NCBI GenBank assembly: GCA_030390025.1
Contig: CM059443.1
Span: forward strand, 15,934,001-15,998,000
DNA length: 64,000 nucleotides
Direction: 5' to 3'
DNA from: Squalus acanthias
Lineage: Eukaryota
Part shown: positions 24,601-39,600 of the stretch, one piece after another
How positions within the stretch are numbered: position 1 is the first letter of the stretch
Layout: each line of letters opens with the position of its first letter
The notes under the pieces: generated by a model
Seen by the model: the letters and a program-made list of their open reading frames with translations, nothing else
What the model was told of the DNA's origin: nothing
Databases searched by the model: none
Position numbers and translations under genes: made by a program

Positions 24601-27600
24601 AGGCATCATTGAGGCACGTTTAAACCGCATGGACAAAGACACCGATCATTGCCAATGTCCACAGACAAGCAAACAATAAAACAGCACCCTGAGAACATCC
24701 AATCCTCATTTCTAAACAGAAGTGGCTGTATGTTAGCAGTAGCCCCCTACAGCCCTGCATGTTGTTTAAGTGTCAAGTACTTTACTAGTTTGAACTTCAC
24801 TATGCTATCTATTTAGAACACCTTGGTGGAAGTTGTGGGCTATTGTTGATTCTATATATTCAAATGGATTAAGCCACTTACTTTGCAGTGTTTTGCTTGA
24901 TGTACTGGAGAAAGTAGTTGGTTGCTGGCAATGTTTCTCCATCCGTAGAACTTTCCTTCACATCACTTGAAACGTCACAGCCCTCCACAATCTGCAACAC
25001 ATCACATATATAACAGGTATGCACAAGATAGAACATGGCACAGCACATATACAAGTTTCCAATACGATTCTCCACCAGTTACCTTTACCCATCTCTTGCT
25101 ACTCAGCTCTTGCCAAGTGTCATATTATAGATATGCAACAATAGATAGAAAAATGTAATCAAGGTGATTTTCATTTTCCAAATATTTATGTTATGGAGAC
25201 TTCAGAAGAAGCTGATGGCTACTGTGCAAAACTGGTATCAAACCTTGGGCTATTATATTCTATGAAACATTTTTTATAAGAACAAAAGAATTTTTAGGAA
25301 CAGAAAATCCTAACAAACCCACCCTTTTTCTTAGAACAACCCCACTTTCTCACCATATCCCTCAAGATTGCTTCCTTCAATGAAACCTCCCATATAACTT
25401 ATCAAAGGATGGGAGAAGGGTGGAGCATAAACACTGGCATAGACCTGTTGTGCCAAATGGCTGTACATTCTATGTAAGTCTATTACACTTTGAATCAAAA
25501 AGATCTTCCTTCATACTTTTAACACTCATGTCCCCTAGTATTTGAACTTTTTGCTCTAGTGAACAATTTGCCAGGGGCAATTTTGTTAGTTCTCTGCATT
25601 ATCTGGAAAACTTTATTGAGTCACCTCAAAGTCTCTTCAAAGAAAACAAGCCTAACTGCCTTAACCTTGCCTCATAATTTAACTTTTAGATATCAAGAAT
25701 CATAATCATAGTTTTCATCTGCACAAATTCAAGGACAAAATATCCGTCATATGATTTAACAAGACTTACCTTCCACCTAGAAGCTACAGGCTTTTAAAAC
25801 TCGAGTTTGTTGTCACCTACTACGTGATTTACCTGCTCTCCTCCTCTTTTCAAATTGGTAGTGTCTTGCTTGATCAGCAACCTCTCTCCATGCAACTGGC
25901 ACCTGTTTTTTTGCTGGAGGGGGGCCATCAGTCATAAATAGGTCACCCTTCTTTGGTTCATTACTTGCAACAGGACCTCCAACTCTCAAGCAGCAAAGGG
26001 AACAGTGTTCCCCGCATGTCTCCATTGTGCCACTGTGAACAATTAGTTCACTTTGCTACTACCACTACAATTTTCCCTTTTATGAGGAGCTGCAGTCTGT
26101 TATTAGCTGCCGCCTTGCCAAATGTTTCATCCCCTACCCAGTGTGCTTACAAGACAAACCCTCTGTGAAGCTTTTCTTGTGCTTGTAGTCTATTTAAATT
26201 AGGGGGGGGGGAAGGACTCGCATCACAAAATTCGGCAAGGCCCACTTATGCACTAAGGATGGGCGCGCACCTGTGTCACAGGCATGCGCAGCCCCAATTT
26301 TTCCAGAATCATATTATCATTTTAATAGATTACTGAAGGAAGTGTGAAACTCCTCCCTGGCTGTAACTGTACTGTACCATAACTCCTGTTGTGTTGTATA
26401 AGGTGCAAATTTCTTTGTGTGTCCGCTTTCTCAGCGGAGGCTTTACTACAAATTTCTGGAATTTGAACAAATTTCACAAAAGGACGCGAGAGTCGGTAAA
26501 AAGGCGCAGGAAAGATACACGCACAAAAAGCAAAAAAATGTGAGAAGTAAAATGAAAAAAACGCAACTACTCAAAACATAGAAATACAAAAAAGTTAAAG
26601 ACAGCCCAACATTCTGAGTGCAGGCTTTGCATTCTGACAAAAGGGTCAACATACGAAACATCAACTTGCTTTACCTTTACCCGAATGCTCACAAGCCTGC
26701 GGTGCATCCCCTTCTAAGAAAATGGGGAAGTTAGCTAAGGTTTGAATATAATATTTTCATGCTCCTTTGTTCTTTTAATACCTTCTCATTACCTCACTGA
26801 GCTGATCTTTGTATACCATCTTACAGTTGTCACCTCTTTCCAGCATTTCAAAAACACGTTTGCTGACCACTTAATTCATCATCTTATCTCTGACAAGGGT
26901 TACTATTTAAGATTCATGTTTTCTATCTGTTGTTCTCTTTCTCTCCTCTCACTTTTGTTTTGTTCAGTTCTTTTAACTTCCAAGTTTCTTCTTTTACAGA
27001 TGCTGACAGACTTGCTGTGCATTTACAGCTTTTTTTTAAAAACAGAATCATTAAAATTACAGTTAAGGAGGCCATTCGATACATCACACATGTGCCAGTT
27101 CTTGCTCTTCAACTGGAGTTATCTACTCTATTTCCTTGCAGTTTCTCTACATACTTTCAGAGTCTTCCATTTCAAATATTTATCCCATTGCCTTTCAAAT
27201 ATTATTGTCTGACTCAGTAACTACCTGTGGTAAAGAATTCCATGATCCAGTAACTGTGCAAAAATCTCTTCTAACCTGCCCCTACATTCTTCTAAAGATA
27301 ATGCTCCCTCTAGTCCTTTGTTACTCATTCGCCAACCACTAGAAACAATCTTTCATCGTGTGCCCTCTCAAATCCTTTCATTATTTTGATAATTTTCCCC
27401 ATTAATCTTCTCTATTCCAAGGATAAGTCGTCCTAATTTTTTGAGCAAGTTCTTCATAACTATAACCTCTCACCCTGGTATAATTCTACTGAACCTTCAC
27501 TGTACCCTTTCCATGGCTTTAATATCTTTCCTACAATGGGGTGTCCAGAACTGCATGCAATACGCCAAAGGTGGCCCAATCAATGTCTGTACAACTTCAA

Positions 27601-30600
27601 CATCATTTCCATACTGTAATGTTCAAGCCCCCATGCATAAAACTGAGAACCCCATTTAACTTTCTATGACCCTTTCCACCTATACTCCCACCTGAAAAGA
27701 TTTATGAATCTGCACCCTTCTGTTCCTTCACTCTGTTTAAAATCTTACCATTTAATCAAAAATGTAATACTTCATATTTTTCTACATCTGTCAATTACCT
27801 GCACACTTCAGTAACCTGTCTGATACCTACTGCAATTTCCTGCATGCTTCCCCCCAGTTTTCTATCACCCCCTCCCCCAACCCCATATTTGGTTTCAGCA
27901 AAATCATTGTTATTCCGCTTGTATCCATGTTCAAATCATTTATATATGAACGGAAAATGAAACTGGATGCAGCACAGATCTCTGGGGCACACTACTACCT
28001 ATATCCTGGCAATCTGCAAAACATCCACTCACTCCTAATCTTTGCTTCCTGTCCTAACTATCTCACTACTCATAGCCTTCAATACCATATGCTTTAATTT
28101 TTGTAACAAGCCTCTTATATGACACTTTATTAAATACCTTTGTAACTCCATATATTAACCACCGACTTCATTCCCTTTATCTATACACTGATTGCCTCAA
28201 AAAATTAAATTAAATTAGTCAAGCACCTGGCCTCTGCAAATCCATGCTGACTGTTAGAAATCATGATGCGGAGATGCCGGCGTTGGACTGGGGTGGACAA
28301 AAATGAGAAGTCGCACAACACCAGGTTATAGTCCAACAGATTTATTTAAAATTACAAGCTTTCGGAGCTGCTGCCCCTTCTTCAGGTAAAGTTATTGTGC
28401 TGTTAGAAAGGCATGGGCTAAACTAAGTGTTGCTAATTTAATCCTGTATTATGGATTCTAAAAGTTTACCCACACCAAGTTAAGACTATTTGACCTATAA
28501 TTTCCTCTTATCCCTTCCCCCTTTCTTAAACAAGAACGTAACATTTTCACCCTCCACTCCTTTCCTATAAGTCCCATTTCTAAAAATGCCTGTTGTATGT
28601 CCTCCCTGACCTACTTCAACAAACCATCTGGGTATGGTGACCATTACACTTTCATAATATATAGTCCTCTTTTGAATATTTACTTTGAATAGCTGTGTAT
28701 CTTCAAAATCCTCCTCTGATATTCCGACAATCCCACTTTCATACATACTTAGCAATTCTACCATTCCCTCACGCTCGAGTACAAGATGACATCCTTCATC
28801 TCCAAATACGCAACCTTCTTTCATTATACTTTTAAATCTTAGGCACTTATAAAAGGCCTTGCTATTTCTCTGCTGAATTCCAGTCTTTGCTTCTTAATTT
28901 CTATAGTTCTGTACTATGCCCCTACATTTAGTAAGATTCCTTTTTTAAACCTAATTTTTGCTCTAACCTCTATTTATCCATGGAATCCCAGCTTTTGATA
29001 CATCCCCTTCACTCCTAGCCAGAATATATTTCATCTATTCAGTGCCTTATGTATCTCATACTTAAATAACTCTTACTGCTCGTCTACTGTTTGATTTACC
29101 TTTTTTCTGAACCATTTAACCTGGGCTAGCTTCCCTTCCATCCCATTGAAATTATAACTAGTTACCAGTCCAAAACCTTTGTCTGCGACTTTTGAAAATT
29201 TTTAATTTTCAATGTGAACCCAATGAGGTTATGGTCACGACTTCCCAAGTGTTCTACTACCTTCAGGTCGCTTATTTGTCCGGCTTCATTACCAGAACCA
29301 GATCCTACCACTGCATCCATCCTTGTTGGACATGCAACGTACTAATACAGTTCTGGAAATATTTAGTCCAGAGCAAATTAACCCGTGTTATTTCGCTAGC
29401 CGCCACTTGATCCTAATGGCCCTTTTTACATTAGAAGTAGCTTTGTAATTGTGTAATTGCTTCTATATCATGGGCGAGTAACTTGTTTGCACTGCAGGAC
29501 AGCCTTGGCAACAATGGATCACTGCGCTTGTGCAACAGTTGCATGCTTATAACTGATAATTTAGCTGGCACCTTCCCTGATTTCGGGATGAATTACACAC
29601 AGGCCCCTAATGATGAAAGCACATTGAAAAAAAGAGACCCGAGAAGACTCTTTGCCCACAGCCAGAGCCAAGATGGTGGACGCAGCAGCAAATATGCGAG
29701 TGAGAACCACTGAGCTTTTCCCCAGTGACACCTTTCAACAGAGGCATCCAGCAAAAGCCCACTCAAGGTAAGTTTCACTGGCTCTGATGGCTACAAGATT
29801 ATCTCCGATGGTGCTCTTCACAAGCTTCCACTTTGTGAGAGATATATAGTTAGGCTGTTATGCATTCATATTCATAGCTAGACTCTGTATTCCATCTTTC
29901 TTGTTACACCATGATTTATGCCAAAACAAAATCCGTTAATAAAAGAAAAAAATGAAACCATCATTTGACCACCACCATCCAACCAGCCAATTGTTTATTC
30001 CAACACATCCACTATTTCTACCAATGACTGGAAATAATTCAGAAATCAGAAATTTACAACTCTTTTTCAATTTCCCAGCATCTGTCTAAAACTACTGTTC
30101 AGCTTCTGAGTATTTTTACCCTGTTTACACCACCTGTTCTTCTCACACACAACACACAAGCTCACTCACCCTCTCCTGTTACAGGTGCATCCTAGTTCTG
30201 GTAGACAGCTCACCGCTTTATTGATGTCACTGCAGCAAAAATACTATTCACTAAGTGCACCACTGAATTCCATACTACTATAACCATCTGTTTTTTTCCT
30301 ACTTCACTGTCACTTATTTCTCCCAGTTATTCTGACTTCTCAGTTTCAACTTCCTTTTCATGATTAACATCCTTGCTGCCATCCAATGCCTAAGACCCAT
30401 TTCACACAGTAACGTTTTGTGTCATTCACCGTGACTTTTCCAATTTCTTACTACCCTTCTTCAATTCACTCTTCACAGGCATGACTGGTGCTCCATTTCC
30501 ATACACTAAGCTCTCAATAGATTCTTACTACAGCATTAGGTACATATTGCTCATGCTTAAGTCACCCAAGGGTATACTGCCACTATTCTTCACCTATCAC

Positions 30601-33600
30601 GTATTAAAATATAAAAAAGCTACAAGCAGCTAATTACACAGCAGAGTATGCACTGGATTAACCAAGTTACAATTAATCCAAAGATCAACTGTTCAATGCA
30701 AGCATACCACAGGAGGGTTTGTAAGATCACTGAACAGCACATGGAGACTTTTCAATAGTGTAATAACATGAACCTTCACTCTGTCTCGAAGATTTTCCCC
30801 AAACACGAAGTTCGTCTGTTCCACAAGCTGCTCAGGCTGCTCCTGGCTATCCTCCTTCTCTTCCTTCTCATCTACTTCACAGCTGCTCTTGGACTCTGAT
30901 GAGACTGCTAATTTTGTATTCTCCTGGAAATGTGGAGAAATCATTTTAAGTGAACTCTGTACACCATCTCAGCAACCCAAATATCCAGGCAGTAAGGATT
31001 TATATATAAAGTAAACTTTCCAATCCCCATTTCGGGGGCACTTGCCAAACAGAAAGAGTGATCGCCTCAAAGGTCTACTGCTATCATTATCACTAAAAAT
31101 TTAATCTGCACTTAAACAGGAACATTAACAGACAAAGGAATGTTACATTCTTCCTTATTCGGTCAACCTCGACATACAAATAGTTGCGTACCAAAGTTCA
31201 AGATACGGCTCCACCGATGGCTCAGTTGGTAAACTGGTGCCCAGTGAGGAACTGAGCCATACAACCAAGAAGATCCCAGGTTCGATCCCTGGTCTATCCT
31301 GAGTTAGCTGATCTCAGCTGCAGCAGATGTAGGGGTGCTCCAATTGGCCTTAGCGCCCCTGGGCTAGGGAGGAGAGAAAAAAATAATCAGCCAGGGTTCC
31401 CACTCCTGATCATTATCCAGTGACTTGCTAGAAAGTGCATTTGTGGTCATCGGACAAGGACAGGATTGGCTTGGCTGTGGTGCCTCCCACGATTACTGCT
31501 GCCACTTTCTGCCTTTACAGATTCTGCTCCTCTGCTCTCCAGGACATTGCATAATCACCTCTCAAGCTGCTTCTCATTCAGTCTCCAACCTCATGGCCCC
31601 TGCCCTGATGCTGAACTGCACATACTTCTGCATCTGCTGACTTCCTGCTACTTCTCCAACATATGCTCAAGCAGCACCAAAATCACCAATACCCCAGTCA
31701 AGGAAGGCAATCAAAGAAGGAAACAGGTAAGTTGGCTGAACATGGTCCAAAGCTGAAGGTAAAGAAAGCGTGGGGCTAACTGACTCAGCTGCTATCAAGG
31801 GGAACATGTCAAATCCTGTAAGAAGAGACATACCCCATGTGATCAAGATAGAAGACGATAACTGCAAAAATGAAAAAGCCCCAGTTCTCCTCATGCCAGG
31901 CTCGCCAGGATCCTGGAGCCCACCAGGTTGCCCCTGAGCCACCATTTTCTCCTGTATCGCTCAAATCACAGTCAGCCTCGCAGCACTGTCCAACTGGCCT
32001 TGGGCCTCCTCCAATGGTTTGACTGCCTGCTCAAGAACCTTGTACCACCAACCACCAGACAACCTTGTGTCGATGAATCTACAAACATCTTGCAGCTGAC
32101 AGAAGTTTGGCTTGCAGTCAATGACTCTCCATCAAATCTCATCTCGGTTTCTCCTGCTACTCTGCGTGCAACTTTTGCTCATTACCATCTTCCGTTCCTC
32201 CTTCAGTTCTCTATGGCCCTCTCAAATTCCATGGTGACTTCCTTGCTGAGATCGCCTGCCTTCAGTGGCTATTTAACCTCAGTACCTTCAACCTCTACCT
32301 TAATTCCCCATACTGCATGGCTCCTGATTTCTCCTCAATGTTTACATCAATTCCCACATCCACAGCTACCCCATCTCATTTTATGTGGCCTTGCACCCCA
32401 ATTCACATCTGCCTGCCTAGCTCCAACCTTACCATCCTCCACCCTGAAGGAAAAAACTCCTCCCAGCTCTCAACTCCCCCTCCTGTGGCCCTCCATTAAT
32501 CATGGCACCACTGTTGGTGTTCACCTACTCAACATCTTAATCCCCACCAAGTTACTCATTGTCTTCCACCACCACCCTTTGTACCACAGACTTGAAAACA
32601 CCTGGCACATGACTGATTTTGTCACCCACTGTCAAATCTTGCTTGACCATGTTAAACTTTATCATGCCTCCCTTCCACAGCCAAATCCTCTTCCTACTCG
32701 AGGATAATTCTGGAGGACAAGCCAGAACTCCTTTTCTCCATAACAAACCGCCTCCTTAAGTTCCCTTCCACCCTAGTCTCTAATAACAAAAGTGAGTTGT
32801 TCATGGATTTCTAGCTTCTTTCTATCTTCCTGCCCTCTCTAAACTAATTTATTTCATGAGATCCACCTCTTGCTCCTTCAACACCCTCCCCACCCAACTC
32901 CTGATCACACCTTTCCTCACCCCGTGCTTGACAATGTCGCTAATGGCTTCCTTTGTTCAGGTTCTGTCCTCACCCCTCTTAAAACTGCTTTCATCACCCC
33001 TGCCTCAAAAAAGAAACACCCATGACCCGGCTGTTCCCTCCAAGCTCATCTCTAACCTCCCTTTCTTTTCTTGGTCCTTGAATGTGTCATCACCTCCCAG
33101 ATCTGAGCCATCCTCTCCCATAACTGAATTCTTTCAATTCAGGTTCCACCCTGCTCAAATCAGAGCCTGTCCTGGTCAAAGACAGACAGTATCCTGTGAC
33201 AGCGACTGTGGTACACCATCCCTACTTATCCTCGATGACCTCTGAGGCGTTCGAAGAAAGAAAAAATGAACTTGCATTTACTTAGCGTCTTTCACATCCT
33301 CAAGATGCCCTGAAGCACTTCAGAGTTGAATATGCCATCCTCCTCCATTGTAGTTCTGCTCTGTGAGACTGCACAGTTCCATTCTTAACTGTCCCAATGC
33401 AGCCAGTGCATTTTAAGCAAAGGGTTCCTCTCCTTCCTCTGCACGGTGACCTCTGAAGTTTAAGGATCAATTATTGCCCCCTCCTTTTCCTCACCTAAAT
33501 GCAGCCATCAATTACAGCATCCACAGGCAATCGACAGTTTCTATATGTATACTAATGAAACTCAGCTCTAGTTCCCCACCATTTCCTTCAATGCCATGGC

Positions 33601-36600
33601 CACCTGTATGACACTGAATGAACCAGAATTTCCTGATATTAGAATATCGGGAAAACCAAAGCCAGCGTTTTTGGCCCCCCACAGACAACAATAACTTGCA
33701 TTTATACAGCACCTTTAATGTAGAAAAAAGTCCCCAAGACGCTTCACAGAGAGAAAATAAAAGAATGGATGCCAAGCCAAATAGGAGATGAAAGGAGGGA
33801 TGACCAAAAGTTTGGTGTGAAGAGGTGGGTTTTAAAGAGGGTCTTAAAAGGAGAGAGGCTCTTAAAGAAGGAAAGAGGGAATACACAAAAGGTCAGAGTC
33901 AGAGGAATGGAGAATTCTGGATTGGGGGGGGGGGGGGGCGGTGGTTGGAGGGCTGCAGGAGGTTAGAGATAGAAGGATTTAAACACAAAGATGACTGGAT
34001 GTAGGACTAGTTTGACAACACACGAGGTAGATACAGGTGGTGGAGAGGTAGTGCTGGGCATTGTCAGCATATATATGGAAGCTGACCCCAAGTCTTCAGA
34101 TGATGTTGCTAAGGTGCAGCATGGATGATGACGAAGAGGGGGTCAAGGATAGATCCCTTCATGCAGAGGGTTGTGAATCTTTGGAATTCTCTACCCCAAA
34201 GGCCTGTAGATGCTGAATCATTGAGTATATTCAAGGCTGAGATAGACAGATTTTTGGACTCTAGGGGAATCAAGGGATATGGAGATCAAGTGGGAAAGTA
34301 GAGTTGAGGTCGAAGGTCAGCCATGATCTTATTAAATGGCGGAGCAGGCTTGAGGGGCCATATGGCCTACTCATGCTCCTAATTCTTATGTTCTTATGAT
34401 CCTTGGGGGACTCCAGAGGCAACAGTGAGGGGGTGGGAAGAGAAGCCATTGCTGGAGATGCTCTGGTTTCAACTGAATGAGTGAAACCAAGTGAGAGAAG
34501 TCCCACCATGCTGGATAGCAGCAGAGATGTTGAAGATTGATGGTGTAATTGGCTGTGTCAAAAGCTGCAGAGAGGTCGGGGATGGTGATGAAAGATAATG
34601 TACCACGGTCACAGTTACAGAGAATGCCATTTGTGATTTTGGTTAGGGCCATTTTGGTACTGTGGGAGGAGCAGAAGCTTGATTGAGGAGATTCAAACAG
34701 AGAGTTGAGGCAGAGATGGGTACAGATTGGTGAAGTAACAACACCTTCAAGAATTTGGAGAGAAAGAGAGGTTGGAGATGGGGTAGTAGTTTGCAAGGAC
34801 AGAGTGGGCGATGATGGCAGTTTTGAAAGGGAGGAGGATAGGACCTGAAGAGGGAACCATTTACAGTGTCAACTAGCACAAGGGCCAGGAAGGGAAATTA
34901 GGTGGTCAGCAGCTTAGTGCGAATGGGATCACAGGAGCAGGAGGTGGGTCTCATAGACGAGATGAGTTCGGAGAGGGCATGAGGGAAGATGGGAGAGAAA
35001 CTAGAGAGATACAGGCTCAACAACATGCAGCTACTTCTTGACAATGATGAACTCTTCGACCAGAATACCGAACACAACAGCACTCGAATCAGACAAAGCA
35101 GATGTAATTGCCAACCTCTTTCAGATTTCCTTAAGCAATTCTATCTGACCAGGTTAATAACATTAGCCGACAGTTAGTCGTGCAATTGTGAGAGTAGTGC
35201 AACACAAGATAGCTCTAGAGCACCTCATACCATTTTCAGAAGAACAGGCTGGTCGAGAAGTTCAACAGCACACTAAAGTGAACGCGAAGTGTAGGCAGTA
35301 GTCAAAACTCCTGTGATTGGGATAAAAAATTACTTTACCTGTGTGTAGAGAGATAACCCAGTAATTGATAGATTCTCGCTCTTTAGGTTACTCTGCGGAT
35401 GCTGAATACCTGGACTATTGTCATTGACCAAACCGACTTGCAAATTATTAGAGTTCTTCGTCACTGATTTCAAGCAAATTGTTTAGCGCAGCTATTAGAT
35501 AGTAAACAGAAGAAAATACAGGACCTATCGAGCATCTGTGTAGTATTCATTCTAAGAAAATTAAGGCTGCTCCATTCTGATTAGATTACCACAAATGAAT
35601 TAACTCAACAGAAGTTGATATCTTGCACATGAGATCCTTGCAAATGCTGTTGAAAGCCTCATTAACTACAAGTTCAGCAAAAGATATTGGAAGGTCCCGT
35701 TAAGTGCCAAGCCCCATAGAGTTGTGCAAGTTTACAGTCACACCCTTCACCAAGAAAAATGCAGTAGTCACGTTCCAGTAGCTCATGGATTCCATGTGAT
35801 GGGGGCCGGGGATTAGTTAGCAGCATACATAGACAACATGGCTGCTTTCAATCAGATCTGGGCCACCACATCTCTTGACAGAAACTGCTTAACGCATACT
35901 GCTTACTTTATCCTGAAAACAATGAATTTAAGAACATAAGAAATAGGAGCAGGAGTAGGCCATTCGGCCCTTCGAGCCTGCTCCGCCATTCAATGAGATC
36001 ATGGCTGATCTTCTGCCTCGACTCCATTCACCGGCCCTATCGCTATATCCCTTGATGCCCTTACTAGTCAGAAATCTATCGACTTCTGTTTTGAATATAC
36101 TCAATGACTGAGCCTCCACAGCCATTTGGGGTAGAGAATTCCAAAGATTCACCATCCTCTGTGTGAAGAAATTTCTTCTCAACTCAGTCTTGAATGTCCT
36201 ACCCTTTATCCTGAGGCTGTGGCCCCTGGTTCTAGACTCCCCAGCTAAGGGAAACATTCTCCCAGCATCCATCCTATCAAGCCCTGTAATAATTTTGTAT
36301 GCTTCAATGAGATCCCCTCTCATTCTTCTGAATTCAAGAGAACACAGGCCTAGTTTACTCAATCTCTTCTCATACGACAGTCCCGCCATCCCAGGAATCA
36401 ATCTTGTGAACCTTCGTTGCACTCCCTCGATGGCAAGTATATCCTTCCTTAGGTAAGGAGACCAAAATTGTACACAGTACTCCAGGTGTGGTCTCACCAG
36501 GGCCCTATATAATTGGAGTAAGACTTCTTTACTCCTGTACTCAAATCCTCTTGTAATGAAGGCCAGCATACCATTTGCCTTCCTAATGGCTTGCTGCACC

Positions 36601-39600
36601 TGCACATTCACTTTCAGTGACTCATGAACAAGGACACCCAGGTCCCTTTGAGCATCTGCATTCCCCAATCTTTCACCATTTAGGAAATACTCTGCCTTTC
36701 TGTTTTTTCTACCAAAGTGGATAACTTCACATTTATCACATTACATTCCATCTGCCATGTTCTCGCCCACTCACTGAGCCCGTCGAGATCCCCTTGAAGC
36801 TTCTTCACATCCTCTGCACAACTGACACTGCCACTAGCTTTGTATCATCAGCAAATTTGGAAATGTTACATTTAGTCCCCTCATCCAAATCATTGATATA
36901 GATTGTGAATAGTTGGGGCCCAAGCACTGATCCTTGCGGTACCCCACTAGTCGCAGCCTGCCATCCTGAAAAAGACCCGTTTATCCCTACTCTTTGTTTT
37001 CTGTCTGTTAATCAATTCTCAATCCATGCTAGTATATTACCCCCAATTCCACGTGCTCTAATTCTGTTCACCAACCTCTTGTGTGGGACTTTATCGAAGG
37101 CCTTCTGAAAATCCAAATACACATCTACCGGTTCCCCTTTGTCTACTCCACTAGTTACATCCTCAAAGAACTCCAATAGGTTTGTTAAACAGGATTTCCC
37201 TTTCATAAATCCATGTTGACTCTGCCCAATCTTACTATTAGTTTCTAAGTGGCCAGTTATTGCATCCTTTATAATAGATTCCAGCATTTTCCCAACTACT
37301 GATGTGAGGCTAACAGGTCTGTAGTTCCCCGTTTTCTCTCTCTCTCCTTTCTTAAATAGCGGGGTTACATTTGCTTTCCCCCAATCTGCAGGAACCGTTC
37401 CAGAATCTATAGAATTTTGGAAGGTGACAACCAATTCGTCCACTATCCCAGTGGCCACCTCTTTCAAAACCCTAGGATGTAGGTCATCCGGTCCTTGGGA
37501 TTTATCGACTTTTAGTCCCATTAATTTTGCTAGTACTGTTTTTTTACTAATAATAATTTCTTTAAGTTCCTCATTCTCGCCAAACCCTTGGTTTTCTCGT
37601 ATTTCTGGGAGGTTTTTTGTGTCTTCCTCCGTGAAGTCAGAAACAAAGTATTTATTTAATTTCTCTGCCATTTCCTCATTCCCCATTATAAATTCTCCCG
37701 TCTCTGACTGTAAAGGACCTACATTTACCTTCGCCAGTCTTTTCCTTTTCACATACCTATAGAAGCTTTTACAATCCGTTTTTATATTTTTTCGCTAGTT
37801 TGTGCTCATATTCCATTTTCCCTTTCTTTATCAATTTCTTGGTCCCCCTTTGCTGATTTCTAAAAAGATCCCAATCCTCAGGCTGACCGCTTTTTCTGGC
37901 AACTTTATAAGCTTCCTCCTTTGACTTAATACTAGCTTTAATTTCTTTTGTTAGCCATGGTTGGATCACTTTTCCTTTTGGGTTTTTATGCCCTAGAGGA
38001 ATATATGTTTGTTGCAAATTATGCATTATTTCCTTGAATGTTAGCCATTGTATGTCCACCTTCATACTTTTTAGTGTAGTCTCCCAATCTACCATGGCCA
38101 ACTTGTCCCTCATACCCTTGTAGTTACCTCTGTTTAGATTGAAGACCTTAGTTTCAGATTGGACTACATCACTCTCAAACTTAATGTAAAATTCAATCAT
38201 ATTATGGTCACTTGTCCCTAAAGGCCCCTTTACCACAAGATTATTGATTAGCCCTTTCTCATTACACAGTACCAGATCCAGAATAGCCTGTGCCCTGGTT
38301 GGTTCCTCCACATACTGATCCAGGAAACCATCTCGCATGCATTCCAAGAATTCGTCCTCCACACCATTAGTGGCAATTTGATTTGCCCAGTCAATATGTA
38401 GATTAAAGTCCCCCATGATTACCGTATTGCCCTTGTTACATGCACTTCTAATTTCTTGATTGATACTGTGCCCTACATTACCACTACTGTTTGGTGGCCT
38501 ATACACAACTCCCACCAATGTTTTCCGCCCTTTGCTGTTTCTTAGCTCCACCCAAACTGATTCCAGTTCTACATCACGATCTGCCGAGCCAAGATCTTTT
38601 ATCTCTACCGTACCGATCTCATCCCTTATTAACAGCGCTACGCCACCTCCTTTTCCTTTTTGTCTGTCCTTCCTAAATGTTGAGAACCCTGGAACATTCA
38701 GTTCCCAGCTTTGGTTACCCTGCAACCATGTCTCTGTAATGGCAATTACATCATACCCATTTACTTCTATTTGTGCCATTAATTCATCCACCTTGTTGCG
38801 AATGCTACGTGCATTTAGATAAAGTGCCTTCAACTTTGCCTGTTTAATATTTTTCTGCACTTTGACCCTCTTTACTGTTGGCCTTTGTTTCTGCTCCCTA
38901 CTAGTTTTGCTGACTACTTTTCTAACTTGCACTTCCAGCTTTGTTTCTCTCCTTTCTGGGCCCACACTTAGGTTCCCAGCCCCCTGACAAACTAGTTTAC
39001 GGTCAAGTGGTCAGTAATGCATGCAATTGGATTTGTGTCTGCCATCTACTGTGTGGCTCAGGCCAGATACCACTTCGTCTGCAGGATGTGGATTGACAGC
39101 CTGAGAGCTGACATGGAGTGGCAGAGTTCACAAGGTGTCTCGGTGAAAGGGGTTGACAGACAGTTCATCAAGATAGAGAAGGTATAAGTTTTATGTTATG
39201 GACACTGGTCAAAGTTTAGAATTACTAGGAAAATGCCTTTAATTATTTTTGTATATCCAAGGAGGTGCAAGTGAAACATTCGGCAATCAAGTGAAGTCCG
39301 CTGTAGTTGTATTAATATTCAGCTAGTCTATCTTTTACTTTCAAAAACCTGCTTTGTAGTTTAGAGTCTAAGTTGCACTATGTGAAAGTATTTTTTATTC
39401 TTAAATGCTAAGAATAGGAGAACAAGAGGGTTTGTGACAATTCAGTAAGCTTATTACAGTAGCCAGTTTCTGTTCAACCGTTACACAATGCATATAAAAT
39501 ACGCTCTGTAGATTCATTCAGGAGAGCGGCCTTTTCTGCTGAGCACAAGAAAAATATTTGGTAAAAGCTGAAAGTATTAACAGTCATCTGTGCACTGACA

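Noticed and set aside
31207-31290. tRNA-like A/B boxes (also at 52740 and 7690)
   Set aside because: No complete cloverleaf; each continues into a SINE body.
31928-32707. 259-aa ORF
   Set aside because: Lies in a decayed L2 LINE; P/L/S-rich off-frame reading with no gene-like features.
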